NCBI GenBank assembly: GCA_963833885.1 | Contig: CAWHZU010000023.1 | Span: 56,935-120,934, forward strand | Source: an uncultured Actinomycetota bacterium | Lineage (GTDB): Bacteria; Actinomycetota; Actinomycetes; Streptosporangiales; Streptosporangiaceae | Direction: 5' to 3' | DNA length: 64,000 nt | Part shown: one piece after another, positions 47,282 to 57,306 of the stretch | Layout: each line of letters opens with the position of its first letter | Numbering within the stretch: the stretch's first letter is position 1 | The notes under the pieces: generated by a model | The model's input: only the letters and a program-made list of their open reading frames with translations | Databases searched by the model: none | Told to the model about the DNA's origin: nothing | Position numbers and translations under genes: made by a program

Positions 47282-47400
47282 GAAGACCCAGGCCGAGTCC
47301 TGGGTATAAATAGACAAGTCGGCGGCGGGCGACCGTGCCTGGGCGACAGGCCGGTCGCCCGTCTCCGGTTTGAGCGGGCACAAAAGCCCCGGGAGGTGAC

Positions 47401-48483
47401 GTGAGCGGCACAGTCGAGTCAGGTGGCAAGGTCCTCGGCGGTCCGGAGGCCACCGGCGGAGGCGGCGGCAACGGGAACAGGAACGGCGGCGGGCAGCTTG
47501 TCGCGCGCAGTTTGGGCGTGTTCGCCAGGCAGCGCGAGGCCACTGTCCTGGTGGTCACGGTCGCGCTGCTGCTGTACTTCGGGATCTCGCACAACTCGAC
47601 GTTCGTCACCCAGACGAACGCGGTCGACCTGCTGTCGGAGATCATGGCGCCGATCGCGATCATCGCGATCGGCGAGGTGCTGCTGCTGATCTGCGGCGAG
47701 ATCGACCTGTCGGTCGGGTTCATCTACACGCTCGCGCCGTTCGTGACGCTGTACGCGGTCGACGACTATCACGTGCCCGCGTTCATCGCGATCATCCTCG
47801 GGCTGCTGGCCGGCGTCGTGGCCGGCTGGGTGAACGGGTTCATCACGGTCACCCTGGGCGTCCCCTCGTTCATCACCACGATCGGCACCGGGTTCGTCAT
47901 GGAAGGGTTGGCCCTGACGTTCTCGCACGCCGAGCCGTCGCCGACCCCGCCGTCCGTGCTGAGCGCCGGTAAGTGGCTCGGTGTTCCCGGCAACCCGTGG
48001 CAGTGGGCGCCGTTCGTCTGGGCAGTGGTCCTGGTCCTGATCTTCCACGTGGTGCTCACCCGGACCCGGTTCGGCCTGTACACAATCTCGGCCGGCGGGA
48101 ACCTGCTCGGCGCCCGGGAAGCCGGCATCAACGTGGGCCGGATCAAGTACGGCAACTTCATGATCACGGGCTTCATGGGGGCGCTGGTCGGCCTCCAGAC
48201 GGCGCTCTACACCAACAACGTCGACCCGAGCGCCGGCGGGTACCAGCCGATGTTCTACGCCGTGATCGCCGCCGTCATCGGCGGCACGGCGATGCTGGGT
48301 GGCTCGGGCACGATCCTCGGCGCGTTCCTCGGCGCGATCGTGCTGGCCACCCTGACCGACGGCTTCGACATCATCGGCGTCAGCTCGAACCCGCTGCCGA
48401 TCATCTTCGGCGGCGCGATTCTGGTCGCAATGATCGCAAACGTGCAGCTCGCCCGGCTGCGAGGATCGGGGAGATCGGTATGA
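47401..48483 (+). CDS. Sugar ABC transporter permease (RbsC/AraH-like, about 10 TM)
   Basis: Hydrophobic 360 aa protein. Gly-rich N-terminus. Stop overlaps the ATPase start (ATGA). Confidence 0.85.
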   Translation: MSGTVESGGKVLGGPEATGGGGGNGNRNGGGQLVARSLGVFARQREATVLVVTVALLLYFGISHNSTFVTQTNAVDLLSEIMAPIAIIAIGEVLLLICGEIDLSVGFIYTLAPFVTLYAVDDYHVPAFIAIILGLLAGVVAGWVNGFITVTLGVPSFITTIGTGFVMEGLALTFSHAEPSPTPPSVLSAGKWLGVPGNPWQWAPFVWAVVLVLIFHVVLTRTRFGLYTISAGGNLLGAREAGINVGRIKYGNFMITGFMGALVGLQTALYTNNVDPSAGGYQPMFYAVIAAVIGGTAMLGGSGTILGAFLGAIVLATLTDGFDIIGVSSNPLPIIFGGAILVAMIANVQLARLRGSGRSV

Positions 48484-49292
48484 CCGCACAGGATCCCGGA
48501 ACCCAGCCATCCGCCGGCGACGGTCCGGCCCCGGACGAGGTGCTGCGCGTCGAGCACATCAGCAAGCGGTTCGGTGCGGTGACCGCGCTGCGCGACATCA
48601 ACCTGCACCTGAACCGCGGCGAGGTGCTGGCCCTGCTCGGCGACAACGGCGCGGGCAAGTCCACGCTGATGAAGACCATCTGCGGCTTCCAGCAGCCGGA
48701 CACCGGCCGGATCATCGTCAACGGCCAGGAGACCGTGCTCAAGTCGGTCGAGCACGCCCGCTCGCTCGGCATCGACATCGTCTACCAGGACCTCGCGCTC
48801 ATTCCCGGGCTCAGCGTCTACCACAACATGTTCCTGAACCGGGAAAAGCTGCACTGGCCGCTGCTCAACAACAGGGAGATGCGCCGGGTCGCCAGGGAAC
48901 ACCTGGAGGAGATGGGCGTGAACATCCCGTCGGTCAACGTCAGCGTGGCCCGGCTGTCCGGCGGGCAGCGGCAGGCGATCGCGGTGGCGCGGGCGGTATT
49001 CGAGGACGCGAAGATCCTGCTGCTGGATGAGCCGCTGGCGGCGATGGGCGTCAAGGAAGGCGCCATGATCCTGGACCTGGTACGGGACCTGAAACGCCGC
49101 GGCGACGTATCGGTGATCATCATCGCGCACAACTACGGCCAGGTGTTCGATGTCTGCGACCGGGTCAACCTGGTGCAGCAGGGCGAGATCACCTTCGACA
49201 AGCCGAGCAAGGACACATCCGTCGAGGAACTGACCGAGATCGTCGTCGCGGAGTACCGCAGGGCGCTGCAGGAGCGCCACGGCGCGGCGTGA
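48480..49292 (+). CDS. Sugar ABC transporter ATP-binding protein (single NBD)
   Basis: Walker A GDNGAGKST, signature LSGGQRQAIAVARAV, Walker B LLLDEPLAAM. ORF 47973 is overextended. Confidence 0.9.
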   Translation: MTAQDPGTQPSAGDGPAPDEVLRVEHISKRFGAVTALRDINLHLNRGEVLALLGDNGAGKSTLMKTICGFQQPDTGRIIVNGQETVLKSVEHARSLGIDIVYQDLALIPGLSVYHNMFLNREKLHWPLLNNREMRRVAREHLEEMGVNIPSVNVSVARLSGGQRQAIAVARAVFEDAKILLLDEPLAAMGVKEGAMILDLVRDLKRRGDVSVIIIAHNYGQVFDVCDRVNLVQQGEITFDKPSKDTSVEELTEIVVAEYRRALQERHGAA

Positions 49293-49307
49293 CCTAGCCT
49301 GCTGGTC

Positions 49308-49903
49308 ATGGAGCGCCTCGACCAGCAGATGCGGTTTGTCGGCGAGATCGACCGGCTCAAGGGCGTGCTGCGGCAGACCATACTGGCCGGACCGGCAGGC
49401 GGGAGAACTCCGCCGAGCACTCCTGGCATCTCGCCATGATGGCGGTCACGCTGGGCGAGCACGCACCGCCGGGCACGGACATCGGCCGGGTGACCGCCAT
49501 GCTGCTGCTGCACGACCTCGTCGAGATCGACGCCGGGGACCTGTTCGTCTACGCGGACGAGGCGCAGCAGGCCCGGCAGGAAGAGGCGGAACGCGCCGCC
49601 GCCGACCGGATCTTCGCGCTGCTGCCGCCGGACCAGGCAGCCAGCTTCCGCGGCCTGTGGGACGAGTTCGAGGAACGCCGCACGCCGGAGGCCAGGTTCG
49701 CGCGCGGCCTGGACCGGCTGCAGCCGATGCTGGAGAACCTGACCGCGGGCGGAGGGACCTGGAAGGAGCACGGCATCACGGCCGACCAGGTGCTGGTCAA
49801 AGTGCAGCTCATCGACGACGGCTCGGCTTCGCTCGGCCGTTACGCCAGGAACCTCGTGGACCACGCGGTGCGGGACGGGCTGCTAGCGCCCGCTCCCGGC
49901 TAG
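49308..49903 (+). CDS. HD-domain phosphohydrolase (YfbR-like 5'-nucleotidase family), single frameshift near 49380-49400
   Basis: MERLDQQMRFVGEIDRLKGVLRQTIL in frame 0 runs to a premature stop at 49437. The conserved ENSAEHSWHLAMMAV...LLHDLVEIDAGD (HD motif) continues in frame +2 (ORF 49436-49903). Confidence 0.65.
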
Positions 49904-49960
49904 ACGACCTCACGGACCGTGCGGTACGCGATGGTCTGCTCGCCCTGCTCCGGCCGCGAG

Positions 49961-50272
49961 CTAGACGGCCTCCCGGCGCGCGGTGCGTTCGCGGTCGGCC
50001 GGGGCGGTGCGCGCGGTTTGTGCTGGCGCGGCGCGCTGCTCCCCCGCGGCGGCCCCGCGCCTCGGGGCCGGGTGCTCGACCAGGGCGATCACCCGGCTGG
50101 CCATGAACCGCGCGGTCCGTACCGCGGTGCCGCCCCTGGTGAGCTCGCTCACCTCGATCATCCCGCGCCGGTTCACTACCTCTACGCGGCGCCCGGCCCG
50201 GGTCGCCGCAACCTCATAGGTCTTGGTCACGCCGCCCGCGTCGACGACGATCTCCACCTTGTCACCACGCAT
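49961..50272 (-). CDS. Small hypothetical protein
   Basis: N-terminal 60 aa MRGDKVEIVVDAGGVTKTYEVAATRAGRRVEVVNRRGMIEVSELTRGG is protein-like. The C-terminal third is Arg/Ala-rich and may be overextension or another indel. Confidence 0.35.
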   Translation of the reverse strand: MRGDKVEIVVDAGGVTKTYEVAATRAGRRVEVVNRRGMIEVSELTRGGTAVRTARFMASRVIALVEHPAPRRGAAAGEQRAAPAQTARTAPADRERTARREAV

Positions 50273-50341
50273 GACCGGCCATCCATCGCGACGTCATGAT
50301 GACTGGTTCGTACCCGGAACATCGCCGCCCAACGCGGCAGT

Positions 50342-51100
50342 TCAGAAGAAGATCAGCTTGACCGAGGCGATCACGCCCACCGCCACAACGAACAGCCGCA
50401 TCGCGGCCGGCGGGAGGCGGCGCCCGAAGCGCGCCCCCACCAGCCCGCCGATCGTCGATCCCACCGCTATCAGCGCCGCGGCTACCCATGAGACGTGCGC
50501 GACCAGGATGAACACGATCGCCGCGGTGCCGTTGACCATCCCCACGAGGACGTTCTTGGCGCCGTTGATGCGCTGCAGCGTCTCGTCGAGGAAGCTGCCG
50601 AGCAGCCCGATCACCAGGACGCCCTGGGCAGCGCCGAAATAGCCGCCGTATACGCCCGAAAGGCAGACGCCGGCCGAGAGCAGAGGGCTCGCCTTGGCCT
50701 GGTCCTGGCTCGCACGCCGGGCCCTGAGCCACGCGCTCAGCCACGGCTGCACCAGCACAAGCGCACAGGAGACGAGGATCAGCACCGGCACGATGAGCCG
50801 AAACGCGGCCGCGGGCAGCCAGAGCAGGGCGACGGCGCCGACCGCAGCGCCAACGGCAGCGGCCACGCCAAGCCTGATCAGGCGGCCCCGCTGGCCGGCC
50901 AGTTCGCGCCGGTAGCCGAACATGCTGCTCACGTTGCCGGGCACCAGCCCCACGTTGTTCGACACGTTGGCTACGACCGGGGGCACGCCGAAGGCGAGCA
51001 GTGTGGGGAAGGTGATCAACGACCCGGAGCCGACCACGGCGTTGACGCTGCCCGCAGCGGTTCCGGCGGCGAGAATCGCGAGAGCCTCAGCCGGGCCCAC
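50342..51100 (-). CDS. TauE/SafE-family (DUF81) sulfite/anion exporter-like membrane protein
   Basis: 252 aa, about 8 TM, internally duplicated 4-TM halves with GxxxG-rich helices. Confidence 0.75.
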   Translation of the reverse strand: MGPAEALAILAAGTAAGSVNAVVGSGSLITFPTLLAFGVPPVVANVSNNVGLVPGNVSSMFGYRRELAGQRGRLIRLGVAAAVGAAVGAVALLWLPAAAFRLIVPVLILVSCALVLVQPWLSAWLRARRASQDQAKASPLLSAGVCLSGVYGGYFGAAQGVLVIGLLGSFLDETLQRINGAKNVLVGMVNGTAAIVFILVAHVSWVAAALIAVGSTIGGLVGARFGRRLPPAAMRLFVVAVGVIASVKLIFF

Positions 51101-51313
51101 ATGATCCTCGCATGCCGCAAAGCGTAGTTATCGGTGCGGCCCGTCACGTGCCGCAGCGCCTGTGACATCCGCCACTCCCGCCGGGACCGGCGCGGACCCG
51201 GCGCGGCCACGTCGCACAGACTGCAGCCCAGCGGCCACGGACCAGGTCGCGCCACGCCGCCCATACTCCAATCCAGTATCAACCTTTTTCGGTTTTTATG
51301 CCATAATCCCGCC

Positions 51314-52501
51314 ATGGCGGGAGCAACGGGGGAACCGCCGGGTGGTCCGGATCAGCCGGATACCCCGGAGGACATTGACAAGCGGCTCAGGGACATAGAG
51401 GCAGAACTGCGCCAGCCGGCGAAGTTCAAGGAGCCCTCGGCGGCGGAGCGTGCACGTAAGCCGCGGTTACGCGACCGGCGCAAGGCCAAACAGCTGCGCA
51501 AGCCGGTGCCGGGGCACCCATCGGTGCCGGCGCCGGACCAATGGCGCACCGGCCCGGCCCAGCCACGGCGGGCATCGTCGGGGCGCGGGCGGGCCTGGTC
51601 GCTGCTGATCGCCGTGGTCGTGATCGGCGGCCTGGCCGCGGCCGGCATCGAACTGCCCAAGCTGGCCCTGCACAAGACCCCAGGGGTGGCCGACAACACG
51701 CCAGTAAAGAACGGGGCGACACCAGCCAGCCGGCCCTCCGCATCGGCCACGCGCGCGTCAGACCTTGCCACGCCCACGCTGGCCGCTCCGTTCCTCGGCA
51801 GCCCGGCGCAGTCCTACGCCGACGGCAAGGCCGGGATCGTGATCCCGCCCGCGCACGCCGTCGGGAGCTACACCGCCGCGCAGGTGATGGCGGCGTACCG
51901 GACGACCAGGAGATTGCTGATCGCGGCCAACCTCAACGGCCCGACGCTGGCCGGCGGTGCCCCGAACGCCTTCGCCGGCCTGCTGACCACGCAACAGCGA
52001 GCCGATTTCGTGGACGGCCTGAACAGGATCGGAGTCAACGCCCACGGACTGCCCAGGAGCACCCGGGGCTGGGTCACCTCGTTCGCGCCCGGCACGACGC
52101 AACTCGTCGGGAACGTGATCAAGGTGCACGGCAGCATGGAGGCGGGGGTCGGCATGAACGGGCAGTGGCACGTGCTGCAGATTCACGCCGACTATCTGTT
52201 CGTCTACGCCGTGGAAGCACCGGGCAACCCCGCCACACTTATGCGGATCGTGGTGCGGTCCGTGGTTGATGACGACTTTGCTGCGTACGACGACCCCGGG
52301 GGCCCGCTCGAGCCCTGGTGGCTGCTCGAGGGTGGTGGCACAGCGGGCGCGCGGTGCGACGTCCAGGACGGCTTCGTGCACCCAGAGTTCCACGGAGGCC
52401 CCCCGGACAAAGTGAAGCCGACCGGGGCCCCGGTCAACCCGTACGACCAGAACACTCCGCCCGCCAAGAACGTGGCCTGCCAGGCGACGACGGGGACCTG
52501 A
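51314..52501 (+). CDS. Membrane-anchored hypothetical protein (Lys/Arg-rich N-terminus, one TM, about 300 aa extracytoplasmic domain)
   Basis: Start MAGATGEPPGG. TM helix WSLLIAVVVIGGLAAAGI. No recognised domain. ORF 51134 is overextended. Confidence 0.5.
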   Translation: MAGATGEPPGGPDQPDTPEDIDKRLRDIEAELRQPAKFKEPSAAERARKPRLRDRRKAKQLRKPVPGHPSVPAPDQWRTGPAQPRRASSGRGRAWSLLIAVVVIGGLAAAGIELPKLALHKTPGVADNTPVKNGATPASRPSASATRASDLATPTLAAPFLGSPAQSYADGKAGIVIPPAHAVGSYTAAQVMAAYRTTRRLLIAANLNGPTLAGGAPNAFAGLLTTQQRADFVDGLNRIGVNAHGLPRSTRGWVTSFAPGTTQLVGNVIKVHGSMEAGVGMNGQWHVLQIHADYLFVYAVEAPGNPATLMRIVVRSVVDDDFAAYDDPGGPLEPWWLLEGGGTAGARCDVQDGFVHPEFHGGPPDKVKPTGAPVNPYDQNTPPAKNVACQATTGT

Positions 52502-52507
52502 GGACCC

Positions 52508-53302
52508 TCAGCGCAGCCGCCCGGCCCGGGCCGTCCACCGGGCGGCCCGGCGCTCGATGAGCAGCGGCACCCCGAAACACTTGGAGAGATTGCGCTCGGT
52601 GAACACCTCGTGCACCGGGCCGGCCGCGAGCACCGCCCCCCGGCGCAGCAGCATCGCGTGGGTGAAGCCCTCGGGGACCTCCTCCACGTGATGCGTGACC
52701 ATCACGATCAGCGGCGCCTGGGGGTCGGCGGCGAGCGCGGACACCCGCCCGAGCAGGTCCTCCCGGCCGCCCAGGTCGAGGCCCGCGGCAGGCTCGTCGA
52801 GCAGCAGCAGCTCGGGATCCGGCATCATCGAGCGGGCGATCTGGACCCGCTTGCGCTCACCCTCCGACAGGGTAAGAAACCTGCGCCTGATCAGGTGCGC
52901 GCAGCCAAGCGCGTCGAGCAGTTCCACCGCGCGGGTGACGTCGAACGAGTCGTAGTCCTCGTTGTCGCGGCCGAGGATGCCATAGGAGGCGGACAGCACC
53001 AGGTCGATGACCTTTTCGGACGGAGGCACCTGGTCCGCCACGATCGCGCTGGCGAATCCGATCCTGCTCCGCAGGTCCTGCAGGTCCGCCCCGTCGAGGC
53101 GCTCACCCATTATCTCGGCGGTGCCCTCGGTTGGCATCAGCTGCGCGGCGGCGACCTGCAGCAGGGTCGTCTTCCCGGCTCCGTTCGGCCCGATCACCAC
53201 CCAGCTCTCGTCGCTGCGGACCGTCCAGTCGATGTCCCGGAGCAGCATCGACCGCTGGTACCGGACTCCCACCCCGCGAAGCCGCAGCACCTCATCCGAC
53301 AT
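52508..53302 (-). CDS. ABC transporter ATP-binding protein (orphan NBD)
   Basis: Walker A GPNGAGKTT, signature LSEGERKRVQIARSM, Walker B LLLLDEPAAGLD. Start at MSDEVLRL. No permease gene adjacent. Confidence 0.85.
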   Translation of the reverse strand: MSDEVLRLRGVGVRYQRSMLLRDIDWTVRSDESWVVIGPNGAGKTTLLQVAAAQLMPTEGTAEIMGERLDGADLQDLRSRIGFASAIVADQVPPSEKVIDLVLSASYGILGRDNEDYDSFDVTRAVELLDALGCAHLIRRRFLTLSEGERKRVQIARSMMPDPELLLLDEPAAGLDLGGREDLLGRVSALAADPQAPLIVMVTHHVEEVPEGFTHAMLLRRGAVLAAGPVHEVFTERNLSKCFGVPLLIERRAARWTARAGRLR

Positions 53303-53391
53303 GCGGCTCCTTCCCGCTACCCGCCATCCTTCGGCCCCAGCCCCAGCCCACACCCGCCGGTTTCCGCGGCTCCATCGGGGTCGCGCGCACA

Positions 53392-54027
53392 CTATCTCTC
53401 AAGCTGCCGCACGGCAAGAAGCGCCGCCTGAGTCCGGTCGGCCACGCCGAGCTTGGCGAGCACGGAGCTGACGTGGGTCTTCACGGTCTTCTCCGACACC
53501 CGCAGCAACCGGGCAATCTCCCTGTTGGAGCGGCCGTCGGCGATCTGCGCCAGGACCTCGCGCTCGCGGGCTGTGAGCGCGCCGATTCCCTGCACCGCCG
53601 GTGCCGCGGCGCCGGAACGCAGCAGCGACCCGGCCGCGTCGGGCGCGAGCAGCGTGTGCCCATCGTGTACCGACCGGATCGCCCTGACCAGGGCGTCGGG
53701 GTCCACGTCCTTGTACAGGAACCCTGCCGCGCCGGCCTGCACCGCCAGCGACACCAGGCTCCGATCGGGTGCGCTGGTCAGCACCAGGGCCCGCGCGCGG
53801 CGCCCGGAGTCCCGCAGCTCCCGCAGCACGGCGATGCCGTCCATGACGGGCAGCTTGAGGTCGAGCAGGATCACGTCCGGGTCCAGCTCCGCCGCCAGCG
53901 CCACCGCCTGGCCGCCGTCGGCCGCCTCCCCGACCACCTCGATGTCGCCGGTGACGCTGAGCAGGACCTGCAGGCCCTGCCGGACGACCGGATGATCGTC
54001 GGCGATCAGCACGGTGATCCGCGTCAC
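53392..54027 (-). CDS. NarL/LuxR-family response regulator
   Basis: REC ([17 protein letters not shown]...[13 protein letters not shown]) plus LuxR HTH ([43 protein letters not shown]). Confidence 0.9.
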   Translation of the reverse strand: MTRITVLIADDHPVVRQGLQVLLSVTGDIEVVGEAADGGQAVALAAELDPDVILLDLKLPVMDGIAVLRELRDSGRRARALVLTSAPDRSLVSLAVQAGAAGFLYKDVDPDALVRAIRSVHDGHTLLAPDAAGSLLRSGAAAPAVQGIGALTAREREVLAQIADGRSNREIARLLRVSEKTVKTHVSSVLAKLGVADRTQAALLAVRQLER

Positions 54028-55244
54028 GAGCGCTCCGTTCCGGAGGGAAGCTCGAGCCGCACAAGAGTTCCCTCTGACGGCCCGGAACGCACCGTCAGCG
54101 TCCCTCCAGCCGCCGCCGCCCGTTCCCGCATCGACGCGAGCCCCAGGCCGCCAGAGGGAGCCTCAGCCGCGAAGCCCCGGCCGTGGTCAACGACCTCGAG
54201 GATGACCCGGCGCCTTGTGGCCGTGAGCGACAGGCAGACCTCGCCCGCGCCGGAATGCCGCAGCGCGTTATGCAGCGCCTCCTGGGCAACGCGGTAGACG
54301 GCGGTCTCCCGCTGCGCCCCCATCGGCGGGAGCTGCGCGGCCGCATGGAACCGTACTTCGACGCCGTAGGTACGGCCCGCGAGCACCGCATAGCTGCGCA
54401 GCGACCCGGCCAGCCCCCCGGCGGCCAGGTCGGGCGGGGCCAGGCCATCGATCACCGCGCGCAGCTCGGCGTGCGCCTGCCCGCTCAGCGCGGCCACACT
54501 CTGGATCTCCGCGGCGGCCCGTTCCGGATCCCGGTGTACCAGCACTTCGGCGGCGCGAGCCTTGGCCCGGATGCTGAACAGCTTCTGCGACACCGCGTCG
54601 TGCAGCTCCCTGGCCAGCCGGGCACGCTCCTCCAGGACGGAGAGCTCGCGGCCGCGCTCATACAGCCGGGCGTTGGTCAGCGCGATGGCCGCGTGCGATG
54701 CGAACAGCCCGAGCAGCTGCTCGTCGCGCTCGGTGAACCCGCCCGGGTCGCGCTTGCACGCGGCGAAGATGATGCCGAGGACGTCGCGATCGTCCTTGAT
54801 CGGGACCCCGAGGAAGTCCGACATGTCGGGATGAGCCGACGGCCACCACTCGAACCGGGGATCGGCCCGGATGTCGGGGAGCCGCACCGGCTCTCCCTCG
54901 CGCAGCAACACGCCGAGCAGGCCGTGCTGGCGGGGTACCGGCCCGATGGCCTTCTGCTGGCGCTCCGACATGCCGTCGACGAGGAACTCGGCGAACGATC
55001 CCTGGTCGTCGGGCACACCCAGCGCCGCGTACCTGGCGTTGACCAGCGAGCGGGCCGACCTGACGATCATCTGCAGCACGTCGCGGGTGGACAGCTGCCG
55101 GGCGACCGCGAGCACGACTTGGCTCACCTGCCGCAGCACGTCGTCCTGGCTGCCCGCCACGGGCCTGCCGTCCGGCCCGCTGTCCTCTCCCCGGCTCACA
55201 TAACGCACGCTACCGGCCGCCCGGCCGTTAGGGACCGGGCGCAA
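54024..55244 (-). CDS. Cytoplasmic GAF-domain sensor histidine kinase (HisKA_3 type)
   Basis: GAF ([21 protein letters not shown]...[14 protein letters not shown]). H-box [19 protein letters not shown]. HATPase_c ([14 protein letters not shown]...DHGRGF). Overlaps the regulator start by 4 nt. Confidence 0.85.
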   Translation of the reverse strand: MRPVPNGRAAGSVRYVSRGEDSGPDGRPVAGSQDDVLRQVSQVVLAVARQLSTRDVLQMIVRSARSLVNARYAALGVPDDQGSFAEFLVDGMSERQQKAIGPVPRQHGLLGVLLREGEPVRLPDIRADPRFEWWPSAHPDMSDFLGVPIKDDRDVLGIIFAACKRDPGGFTERDEQLLGLFASHAAIALTNARLYERGRELSVLEERARLARELHDAVSQKLFSIRAKARAAEVLVHRDPERAAAEIQSVAALSGQAHAELRAVIDGLAPPDLAAGGLAGSLRSYAVLAGRTYGVEVRFHAAAQLPPMGAQRETAVYRVAQEALHNALRHSGAGEVCLSLTATRRRVILEVVDHGRGFAAEAPSGGLGLASMRERAAAAGGTLTVRSGPSEGTLVRLELPSGTERS

Positions 55245-55322
55245 GTCCTAGGACCATCGGACCAGGCCGGTCCGGCCGCGCGCCCGATGCGCCGCAGCTG
55301 CCACCTGCCTAGCGTGACAAAC

Positions 55323-56033
55323 ATGAACGAGACGAAGAACGCAGTGATCACCGGCGCGTCCCGGGGCCTCGGCCTGGCGCTCGCCCGTGGCCTCGCCGCC
55401 GCGGGCTGGTCGCTCGTGATCGACGCCCGGGACCCCGCCGCCCTGGACGACGCGGTGGCCAGTCTGCCCGGGTCCGGCCGGGTGATCCAGATTGCCGGCG
55501 ACATCACCGATCCGGCGCACCGCGCCGCGCTCCGCGACGCCGCCGAGGAACTCGGCGGCCCCGACCTGCTGATCAACAACGCAGGCACGCTCGGCGCCAG
55601 CCCGCTCCCCGCGATCGCCGACTACCCGATCGCGGAGCTCAGGGAGGCCTTCGAGGTCAACGTGCTGGCGCCGCTCGGGCTCACCCAGCTGCTGCTGCCC
55701 GCGCTCCGCCGCCACGGCGGCGCGGTGCTGAACGTCACCTCGGACGCGGCGGTCGAGCCCTACGCGGGCTGGGGCGGCTACGGCGCGGCCAAGGCCGCGC
55801 TGGAGCAGGCGAGTCACGTGCTGGCGGCCGAGGAGAACACGGTCAGGGTCTGGTGGGTGGATCCGGGCGACATCCGCACCCGCATGCACCAGGAGGCGTT
55901 CCCCGGGGAGGACATCTCCGACCGCCCGCTGCCAGAGACCGTGATCCCAGGGTTTCTGAGACTTGTGACGGAACGGTTGCCGGATGGCCGGTACCGCGCG
56001 GCCGAGCTGATGCCGTCGGGGGTGGCGTCGTGA
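55323..56033 (+). CDS. SDR-family NAD(P)-dependent oxidoreductase
   Basis: TGASRGLGLALA cofactor motif and YGAAK catalytic motif. 236 aa. Start verified arithmetically from the ORF end. Confidence 0.85.
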   Translation: MNETKNAVITGASRGLGLALARGLAAAGWSLVIDARDPAALDDAVASLPGSGRVIQIAGDITDPAHRAALRDAAEELGGPDLLINNAGTLGASPLPAIADYPIAELREAFEVNVLAPLGLTQLLLPALRRHGGAVLNVTSDAAVEPYAGWGGYGAAKAALEQASHVLAAEENTVRVWWVDPGDIRTRMHQEAFPGEDISDRPLPETVIPGFLRLVTERLPDGRYRAAELMPSGVAS

Positions 56034-57130
56034 CCGCCGTCGCTGAGTTGGTCGACGCGCGCGATGCCCTCGCGTTCACCCTGCCCCCCGAGCGCGAGGC
56101 GCACCAGCCGCCCGAGGCCAGGGGCGTGCCCAGGGACGGTGTGGCCATGCTGGTCAGCCGCGGGGCGGCCGGCGAGATCAGCCACCACGCCTTTACCGAG
56201 CTGCCCTCGCTGCTGCTGCCCGGTGACCTGCTGGTGGTCAACACATCGGCCACGCTGCCAGCGGCCGTGCGGCTGACCCGTCAGCAGCTGACCGGGCGGG
56301 TCGTGCCCACCGGGCTCGCCGTGCACTTCTCCACGCCGCTGCCGGACGGGGACTGGCTGGTCGAGCTGCGCGAGGTTCGCGGCGGCAGCACGGCGCCGTA
56401 CCAGGGCGGGTGGCCGGGCTGGGACGGGGGGCCGGGCCAGGAACTCCCGCTGCCCGGCGGGGCGGTGCTGACCCTGGGCTCGCGGTTCACCTCACGGCTG
56501 TGGCGGGCCAGGCTGTCGACCGCGGTCGTGCCTTACCTGCTGCGGCACGGCTCGCCGATCAGGTACTCGTACGTGCAGCGGCCGTGGCCGATCGAGTCGT
56601 ACCAGACCGTGTTCGGCACCACCCCGGGCAGCGCGGAAATGCCGAGCGCGAGCCGCCCGTTCACGCCGGAGATCGTCGCCAGGCTGGTCGCGCGGGGCAT
56701 CACGTTCGCGCCGATCACCCTGCACACCGGCGTCTCCTCGCTGGAGGGCGATGAAGATCCCTACCCCGAGCCGTTCGACGTCCCGCCGGCCACGGCCCGG
56801 CTGGTGAACCTGACCAGGCGCAGCGGCGGCCGGGTGATCGCCGTCGGCACCACTGTGGTGCGCGCGCTCGAGACCGCCGCGCGGGCAGCCGGAGCGGGCC
56901 CGAACCTGGTCCTGCCCGCGGGCGGCTGGACCGAGCACATCGTGACGCCCTGCAGCCCGCTGCTGGCCGTCGACGGGCTGGTCACCGGCCTGCACGAGCC
57001 GCGTTCCTCGCATCTGCGGATGCTCGCGGCGTTCGCCGGGCTCGACCTGCTCGGCCGCTGCTACGAGGCCGCGATCGACCGCGGCTATCTCTGGCACGAG
57101 TTCGGCGACCTGCACCTGCTGCTGCCCTGA
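56030..57130 (+). CDS. queA: S-adenosylmethionine:tRNA ribosyltransferase-isomerase
   Basis: Collinear with E. coli QueA blocks (LLVVNTSATLPAAV / YQTVFGTTPGSAE / RVIAVGTTVVRALETAA / GLVTGLHEPRSSHLRMLAAFAG). GTG start overlaps the SDR stop. Confidence 0.85.
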   Translation: MTAVAELVDARDALAFTLPPEREAHQPPEARGVPRDGVAMLVSRGAAGEISHHAFTELPSLLLPGDLLVVNTSATLPAAVRLTRQQLTGRVVPTGLAVHFSTPLPDGDWLVELREVRGGSTAPYQGGWPGWDGGPGQELPLPGGAVLTLGSRFTSRLWRARLSTAVVPYLLRHGSPIRYSYVQRPWPIESYQTVFGTTPGSAEMPSASRPFTPEIVARLVARGITFAPITLHTGVSSLEGDEDPYPEPFDVPPATARLVNLTRRSGGRVIAVGTTVVRALETAARAAGAGPNLVLPAGGWTEHIVTPCSPLLAVDGLVTGLHEPRSSHLRMLAAFAGLDLLGRCYEAAIDRGYLWHEFGDLHLLLP

Positions 57131-57306
57131 CTGGCCGGCAGCGCAGCGCCCCGGCTCTGTCCGGCTGCCCGCGGACAAAGCTGGGGCAGTCCGCTCGAAC
57201 GCGGGTGATCCGCCGAAGCACCCGGGCCTCGCCGCCGCCGCGATTACGGTGATCGGCATCTGGCGACTCGGTAACGGTCACCGCCCACGGCGGCTCGGGG
57301 GATGCG

